A stretch of 57,410 nt of DNA, filler included, from Basidiobolus meristosporus CBS 931.73 (taxonomy: Eukaryota; Fungi; Basidiobolomycota), in the NCBI GenBank assembly GCA_002104905.1. It is 3 parts of 3 records of this genome, joined end to end, with 100 filler letters (N's around TTAATTAATTAA, not from the genome) between each part and the next. Parts side by side here need not be neighbours in the genome. Positions count along the whole stretch, not along the records: positions 46,227 to 57,410 come from MCFE01001282.1; 2 more parts are not named here. One strand, 5' to 3'. The translations under genes and the position numbers were made by a program. Of the stretch, positions 50,301-57,410 are shown piece by piece; the stretch's first letter is position 1; the number at the start of each line of letters is the position of its first letter. Below the pieces are notes generated by a model. That model was not told where the DNA came from. It made no database searches and saw only the letters and a program-made list of their open reading frames with translations.

Positions 50301-51192
50301 AATACTGTCCATTGTGCCTGGGATAACCTGCTATTATGCAGATGGCTGGGGTATCTCCAATGCAGATAACAATAAGCACTTTTACATGACATCCATTTAC
50401 TGTTATCCTCCTGGAAAGCATACAAAATTCATCCAGCAATGGATACAGGTAGCTATTCAGGTTAGATGGAGATTTAGGCCCAGATACAGAGTGAGACTAC
50501 CATCAGATTATTACTCTGATACTGTAAGATGCACAGCAGATTCAGATTGATGAAAATCAGTGGCCAGCAGGATTTGCTGGTAGAGTACTTGTTTAATGAG
50601 AAGCCATCAAGTGCTAAAGCAAAGCCATGGTCATACACACCTTTGAAGTAGCCCTTGCTTCTTAGCTGTTTGTAATATTTGCCATCAAATGTATTGGATA
50701 TGTTTGTGCTTGATTGATACTGTGTGTGGTACTTTATAGCTTTGCAATATTTGGTGGACTGCATCAGCTTCCTCAGATGGGGTATGACTGGAATATATCC
50801 AGAGTGTGAACAATATTTTCCCTCAATGGTGGTGGATTCCTGACAATTTGGCCACATTGCAATGGTGGCATTTTCAGATGTGAATGCCATGCAACTGTTA
50901 ACACATGCTGGAATCAGGACAGTCTCTGGATCATATGTTGCCAGCCACATGATGGTTATCCACTTGTACCATGTACATGTTGAGTTGCATCCTGGTATGA
51001 TTTTGGCAAGATGTAGTAATAAATCCTCAAAGCCCCCATTACTGTAATTAGTGGAAACATGCCACTTCTCTGGCCACATCATTACATTATTCACCAGTAG
51101 ATGGATTACTGGGCCCACTTGGCTCCATAAAGTATCATTGGCACTTGTTTCAGTGAGTGTTGTCTCATTGCATATTGGATTTGACTGGGCTC

Positions 51193-54100
51193 TGTTGTAA
51201 GAGTCTTGGAGATATTGGAAGTGATTTGGAGAACAAGTAGATTATGTGGTTTTCACTTAATGATTTATTGAATGTAAAAGTAGTATTTATACTTTTACCT
51301 GGTCTTGGCATTACAAGCACGTAGAATAGGCTAAGGAAGGTCCCAAGAACATGTGTGCAAAGTTTGGGGCTGTTTGGACAACTTTGAGAATTTTCATGTT
51401 CTGGGTACCTGGTATTTTGGTGAAAATACTCCAAGTAAATCCCAACAAGGAATTTGGTCAGTATTCTCTAGGATTTGAAGGTAATGGTCTAAGTAACTAA
51501 GTTAGGTGAAAATTTAGGTGGAAATATGAATTTTTACAACACTCCCACTCAGCTAAATGTTCATACTGACTAGTCCTAATTTTGACCTAAGATATTCAAA
51601 CTTGTCTCTAGCTAATGGTTTAGTAAATATGTCTGCAATCATTTCACCTGTAGGACAGTAAACTAAGCTAACTAAGTTATTCTCTATAGCTTCACGTATG
51701 AAATGATGTCTAATATCTATGTGCTTGGTTCTAGCATGAAAAGTTGGATTTCTACCTAATTGTATACATCCTTGATTATCTTGAAATTAAGTAATAGGCG
51801 TTTTTTGACATAGGCCTAAATCTGTAAACAGCTTTCTTAACCACATTGCTTCTTTTGTAGCTTCACAGGCTGCCATATACTCTGCCTCTGTGGGGGAAAG
51901 TGATACGGTTGGTTGCTTTCTTGAATTCCATGAAATTGATCCTTCAGCTTCAGAGTATCCCACAAGATCTTGTTCTGAGCCCTTATAAGTGTATCTTAAG
52001 CAAATATCAGCAGTTCCTTTTAGGTATCTAAAAATCCGCTTAACTGCTGCAATATGATCAGATCCATAGTGCTGATTATGTTGGCTGACAACTCCCACTG
52101 AATATGAGATATCTGGACGTGTTCCAAGCATGATATACATCAGACTGCCAACCATAGATTGATAAGGAAAGACAGGGCTTTCAGATAGCACCAAGCTCTC
52201 TTGATTTGGTTGAGTTTTGACCAAGTTAAGTTTTGTCTCCATTGGGGTAGCTGCTGGTTTACAGTCTTCCATTTTGTACTTCTTTAGTATATCTTGAATA
52301 TACTTGGATTGGCTTAGGGTGATAGTCTGGGTACTTCCGTCTATGGAGAACTTAATCCCTAAGTAGTAACTAAGTTCTCCTAAATCAGACATCTTGAACT
52401 CCTTAGATAGGCTGGATTTAGTCTCTTCCAATGTTTCTAGGTTATTGGCGGCTATAATAAGATCATCTACATATAGAGCTAATAGAACTGGATTTGCACT
52501 ATCTGGCTTATAGTATATACTATAGTCAGCATTACTTCTTTTGAAACTCAAGGATTCCAAACAAGAATCTATCTTGCAATTCCAGGCTCTTGGTGATTGT
52601 TTGAGACCATATAGTGACTTTTTAAGCTTGCAGACCAAATGAGGGTTATCTTGGTCAACAAGCCCATCAGGCTGATCCATATACACATCCTCATCAAGTT
52701 CTCCATTCAAAATGCAGTTTACATCCATTTGATGAATAAAAACTTCTATTTGGCTGCAATAGCCAATATTAATCTGATGGAATTAAACTTGGCTACCAGT
52801 GCAAAGGTCTCAGTATAGTCAAGTCCTTTTGTTTGAGACTATCCTTTGGCTACAAGTCTTGCTTTGCATCTTTCAATTGTACCATCAGCCTTGTATTTGT
52901 CTTGAAGACCCATCTGCATCCAATTGATTTTTGGTTGATTGGTAATTTGACTAAGTCCCAAGTTTGATTTTCCATCAGGGCCTGATATTCCTCAGTCATT
53001 GCAGATCTCCAAAACTTTGTCTGAGGGCTATTTAGGGCCTCTTTTACAGTCTGGGGTTCATCAACATGGACTGAATAGGCATAGGCTAAGTTTGTACCCT
53101 CATTGATATAGTAATTTGGACTATTTCTTGTCCAATTGGATCTCTGGGCACTTGATACTGGAATGATCACTTCTGGGATATTCCGGGGCACTGATTCTGG
53201 CTGAACCACGGTTGTAGAGTCCTCTGGAGTGAAAAAATCTTCATTGTTTTGCTCTGATTCAATCCTGACAATTGGTGGACTTGAGATCAATTTTTTGTCA
53301 TCATCTGATGTCATTTTTTGTGAAAATTTTGAATTTTCATCAAACAACACATCCCTGGACTTGATCAGCTTCTTTGCTTTGGTATTGTAGAGTCTGTATG
53401 CCTTACTCTCATTGCAGTAGCCCAAAATATGCATTTTACACTTTTTGGCTCAAATTTTGACTGATTTCTGGCCAGTTTTTTAGCATATACTGTACACTCA
53501 AATATTCTTAGATGTTCAGCACTTGGTCTGTATCCATACCATGCTTGAAATAAAGTAGAATCACAAAGTATTCTGTTATAACTCCTATTTTTAAGAAATA
53601 CAGCAGTAGCAACTGATTCCTCCAAAAATCATAGGATAATTTTTGATCATGGATCATAGATCTTGCCATATCAGTTATTGATCTGTTAGCTTGTTCTGCT
53701 AATCCATTTTTCTGTGGGGAGTATGGTACAGTATTCTCTTGCTTTATCCCATGAACTTTGCAGAAGTGGATGAAGAGTTTTGAGGTATATTCTCCACCAT
53801 TGTCAGAGCGTATTTTCTTGATTTTTTCACCAGTTTCACTCTCCACCATGGCTTTAAACTTCCTGAACTTAGACAGAGCTTCTTCCTTTCTCTCCATGAA
53901 GTAGACCCATGTGTATCTTGTATAATCATCAATAAAAGTGATTAAATACTTCATCCCGCCTAAGGGTAAATTTTGCATAGGTCCCCACAGATCTGAGTGT
54001 ATTAGATCTAATTTTTTCTTAGTTTTGATTAGCCCAGAGCTCTTGAACAGTTGTCTGGCTTGTTTCCCATATATGCAGGCTTCACAGTGCTCCAAATTAG

Positions 54101-55809
54101 CTGGGGGATCAATTTTAACTCCAGAAATTAGCTGATCTTTAATCATTTTACGCAAATAATCAAAATTGATGTGTCCAAATCTCCTGTGCCAAAGCATTGG
54201 TGTTTCTTCATTTAAGTTACTTATATTGGCCTCTAAATATGATGGAATGTAAGTCAACTTGTATAGATCCTGATCTCTGATGCCCAAAGCAATATGGGCA
54301 CCATTTTGATCAGTGATCCTGCATCCAGAATGGTCAGAACTGAAACTGAGTCCTTCTGCTGTGGCCTTGCTTACAGAGAGTAGGTTCTTGGCTATTTCTG
54401 GTACATAGAGTACTTCTTTAAAGGTCAGTGTATGGCTTCCTTCACTGCTTCTTAGGTTTACTTGGATAGTTCCTTCTCCCACTGCATCAAGTGTTCTATC
54501 GTCACCCATGAAAACCTTCTTAATTGGAATTTCTTGATACTGGGTAAAAAGTTCTTTTTGGTGTGTAAAGTGTTGTGAGGCTCCAGAGTCAATATACCAC
54601 TTCTGAGAATCCTTGTTTGTGGTCATATTTAGTGCAGATATGAATAGTCTATCTACAGTTGTTGCAGCATTTCCATATTCAGGCTTCTTTAGCTGTTTAT
54701 CTTTCTTTTTGAGACACTGGTCTGATGTGTGTCCTTTCCTTTTACAGTAGTTACAAAACAGGTTGCTGTTGCCTTTGTAGGGTCTTGGGTACCTCCTTTG
54801 TTGGTTATCATTGCTCATTAAAGCATTTTCTTCTTCCTTCTTATTAGCGCTTGATTTTCTTAATTCTTCATCCAGGAGCCTTCCATATACGTAATTTAAG
54901 GTCAAATCTTCAGTTCTGGACTCTAGGGCTGATACAAGGCCCTGAAACTTGTCTGTCAGGCTATTCAGGATGGTAACTATCACATCCTCATCAGTAGTTG
55001 GTACACCCACAGATTCCATCTCATCTACCAGCAGGGTAATTCTGTTAATTAGATTTCTCATTTCTTCTCCTGGCAGCGTCTTTGTAGTAAAGAATTTTTG
55101 TCTCAGATACATTTTCTTGGCAGCTGAACATGACTGGTAGGTGTCTTCTAATGCCTTCCGCTCATTCTTTGCCGTTTTTGCTCTTGAGTATTGAGTTAGC
55201 AATTTGTCCTTGACATTGAGGCAAATGCAGTTAAAGGCACTTTGTTCTTTCTTCTGGTACTTATGGCTTCCTCTCCCACGTTTTTAGGAGGGCATTCTTC
55301 TCCCATGACAATATCCCAAAAGCCTCTTTCTTGTAGCAGCATCTTCATCTTCACCTTCCACACTTGGTTGTTAGATCCTCCCAACTTTTCAGCAGAGGGA
55401 AAAGTTCCAGTAATAGCAGTAGTATACATTGCAGAGAGTGACAGCTTGGGGCTCATAACCTGTTGCAAGAGTCTTGGAGATATTGGAAGTGATTTGGAGA
55501 CCAAGTAGATTATGTGTTTTTCACTTAATGATTTATTGAATGTAAAAGTAGTATTTATACTTTTACCTGGTCTTGGCATTACAATCACATAGAATAGGTT
55601 AAGGAAGGTCCCAAAAACATGTGTGCAAAGTTTGGGGCTGTTTGGACAACTTTGAGAATTTTCATGTTCTGGGTACCTGGTATTTTGGTGAAAATATTCT
55701 AAGTAAATCCTGACAAGGAATTTGGTCAGTATTCTCTAGGATTTGAAGGTAATGATCTAAGTGACTAAGTTTGGTGAATGCTTAGGTGGAAATACAAATT
55801 TTTACAACA
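51193..55809 (-). mobile_element. Full-length Ty1/copia family A element (4617 bp), non-functional
   Basis: LTRs 51193-51541 and 55461-55809 (349 bp each, 19 mismatches by my count), perfect 5-bp TSD GGCTC, PBS 55448-55460, PPT 51542-51553. Gag-PR-INT-RT-RH with several frameshifts and a deletion of about 20 codons in RNase H (GYSEAEGSISW). Confidence 0.97.
55448..55460 (-). promoter_or_regulatory. Primer-binding site complementary to the anticodon arm of initiator tRNA-Met
   Basis: GGTTATGAGCCCC directly abuts the LTR end CAACA and is complementary to the conserved tRNAiMet segment GGGCUCAUAACC. Also present at 4406-4418 (variant), 11593-11605 and 29056-29068. Confidence 0.9.
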
Positions 55810-56410
55810 GGCTCATACATGGTACTGTTATTAGGGGAGATAGGCTCAAAATCCATCAGTGAACCTTCTTTGTCAGAACTATCACTCTGCATGCCACATT
55901 CAGATTGCTAAGGTGAGCCTAAAGGCGTCACAAACTCACCTGACTCAGTTTGCGCAAGGTGACAAAGACAGCCAGGTGCCAATACAGAAGTATCAACTGG
56001 CCAGCAAGATAATGTTGGTACAGTAGTGACCAATGAATGGTCAAATATGACTTGGGTGGCAAAACACTGGCCGTGATCCTTGTAATACTTCCTATGTTGT
56101 CTGTGTGCTTCATGGTTGAGAGGCTTGCCACAATAGCCCATGGTCTCTTTTCTCTTCTCTGACAGCATTGAGTCAAGTAGTCTTGTCCATGGGGCAAACG
56201 GTTTGACCTTTGACAACGTAATGCTATTATATCACTTTATGGTCAATACTCATGTGAACTTAAGACAGTCCTGTATTTGAGACATTGCACCTACACAAAT
56301 GTAAGATTCAATGATGACCCATCATATTAAGCATTATAAATACAGCTGTGGCACCACATACACATATATATAGCACTATTTCCCCTTTGGCTTGACTCAC
56401 TTCCATATAT

Positions 56411-57410
56411 ATGCCGCCAAAAAATAAAGCAAAGTTGTCTGGTTCCCAGCCAAACCCCTCTACTGACAGCAACAGAAGAATGGTTGGACAGCAGCTTGCT
56501 TTGACATTCAGTGCAACAAGCAGGGCTACATTCAAAAAAGGTTCTGTACACAGTGTGCCATTGAAGATGATAATGCAGACTCCTCAGGCTCTCAGTCAAG
56601 TAGGCAATTGAGAACCTCTGTGGAGCCACAAGCTGACCATTACACTCAGGTAGACAAGAATGTAGCAAGTGCAGTACCCTTGGCTGAGGACCAGCAAGTG
56701 GCCACAATAACATCACCACCACTTATATTTGAAAAGCATGTTGGCAGCTCATACCAAAGCATTAATGAAACAACTGGATGCAGTGGCTGATAAGATAGAT
56801 GCAATGGCCCAGAGAAATCAAGAAATAGTCCAGAAACAGGATGAGCAGATAATACGTGTAGTTCAATCAATATCCCAGGTAGAGAAGGCAGTATCTTTGC
56901 TGCAAAGAAGGAACTCAATTAGCTCATTGTCACAGCCAAGAATTGAGCCATTTCCCAATGTAGCAGCAGAGGAACACCATACAGTCTTTGAAGCACAACA
57001 ACAGTGCCTAAAGATAAAGCCCTCAGAAAACCTATCACATCATGGGAGGGAGACAATGTAGTGTCTATACTAAAGCCTAAAAATCAAAAGACATTGAAGA
57101 TCCATGAAGCTGTTGAGTGCAGTAATGAAGAGTAGGCAAATATTCAAGAGGCTGTCAGAAGTCCAGCATGCCATCACCTTAAGGCCAGCATACCATGGGG
57201 CCATCAGGAACTCAAGGCCAAATAGGATGCACTTGACTTATTCCATGAGCGTTATCCTGGATTCAAAAAGGCAAACAGATTTTAGGCCAGCATTGGTACA
57301 CTAAGAAAGTATCATAAGAATAGCAGAAGCTACCAAAGGCAGAAGAACAAGGGTGCAATGGCTAAAAATCAGTGGCTTCCTCAAGAACTTGTTATAAGCA
57401 GGGCCAAAAG
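56411..57410 (+). pseudogene. Decayed ORF divergent from the CACTA transposase, probably a TE accessory gene
   Basis: MPPKNKAK start, a coiled-coil segment (LMKQLDAVADKIDAMAQRNQE) and then IPWGHQELKAK*DALDLFHERYPGF. CpG-depleted like the TEs. Runs off the window. Confidence 0.45.

Larger units (their letters stand above)
48970..56230 (-). mobile_element. CACTA/En-Spm Tnp2 transposase copy, split by the copia insertion
   Basis: ORFs 55908-56216, 50474-51118 and 49186-50292: IPACVNSCMAF, DIF/NTFDGKYY, LALDGFS..KSCWPLIFINLNL, GDTPAIS, PCFAFWEFPMEQMCG. TIRs not found. Confidence 0.88.

Noticed and set aside
55461-55588. Open frame in the LTR (MPRPGKSINTT...) running into gag as an N-terminal extension
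   Set aside because: Its ATG lies upstream of the TATA box, and the frame is broken in the copies at 11606 and 29069.
1-57410. Classical ascomycete RIP (CpA>TpA)
   Set aside because: CpA and TpG are abundant in the repeats and it is CpG that is lost.

Overview
Eukaryotic DNA, most likely from an early-diverging fungus (inferred from the intron style, the fungal-type DUF4449/HAM1-like gene and the TE types). It consists of three contigs joined by artificial 100-nt N gaps that carry a TTAATTAATTAA six-frame-stop linker (22360-22459, 46127-46226). Most of the window is a nested transposon graveyard. It holds a Ty1/copia family with 349-bp LTRs and a half-tRNAiMet primer site (one full-length copy with TSD at 51193-55809 plus several fragments), other copia remnants, a nearly intact Ty3/gypsy element (40225-46126) with two solo LTRs, three CACTA/En-Spm transposase copies, a small MITE and a probable Merlin remnant. 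These repeats are almost free of CpG. Two CpG-rich islands stand out. The first (about 12.4-22.4 kb) has 5-6 intron-poor host genes: a DUF6593/Tubby-C-like protein, a 4-TM protein, an 895-aa ankyrin protein, a small secreted protein and a DUF4449/HAM1-like protein. The second (about 46.2-47.6 kb) holds tRNA-Thr(CGT). I found no clearly new multi-gene system. The most unusual signals are in retroelement biology (a PBS that doubles as the gag start codon, and an insertion site that resembles the PBS), the strong CpG decay, and a 3-ankyrin super-repeat. All family assignments come from motif recognition by eye, not from database searches.
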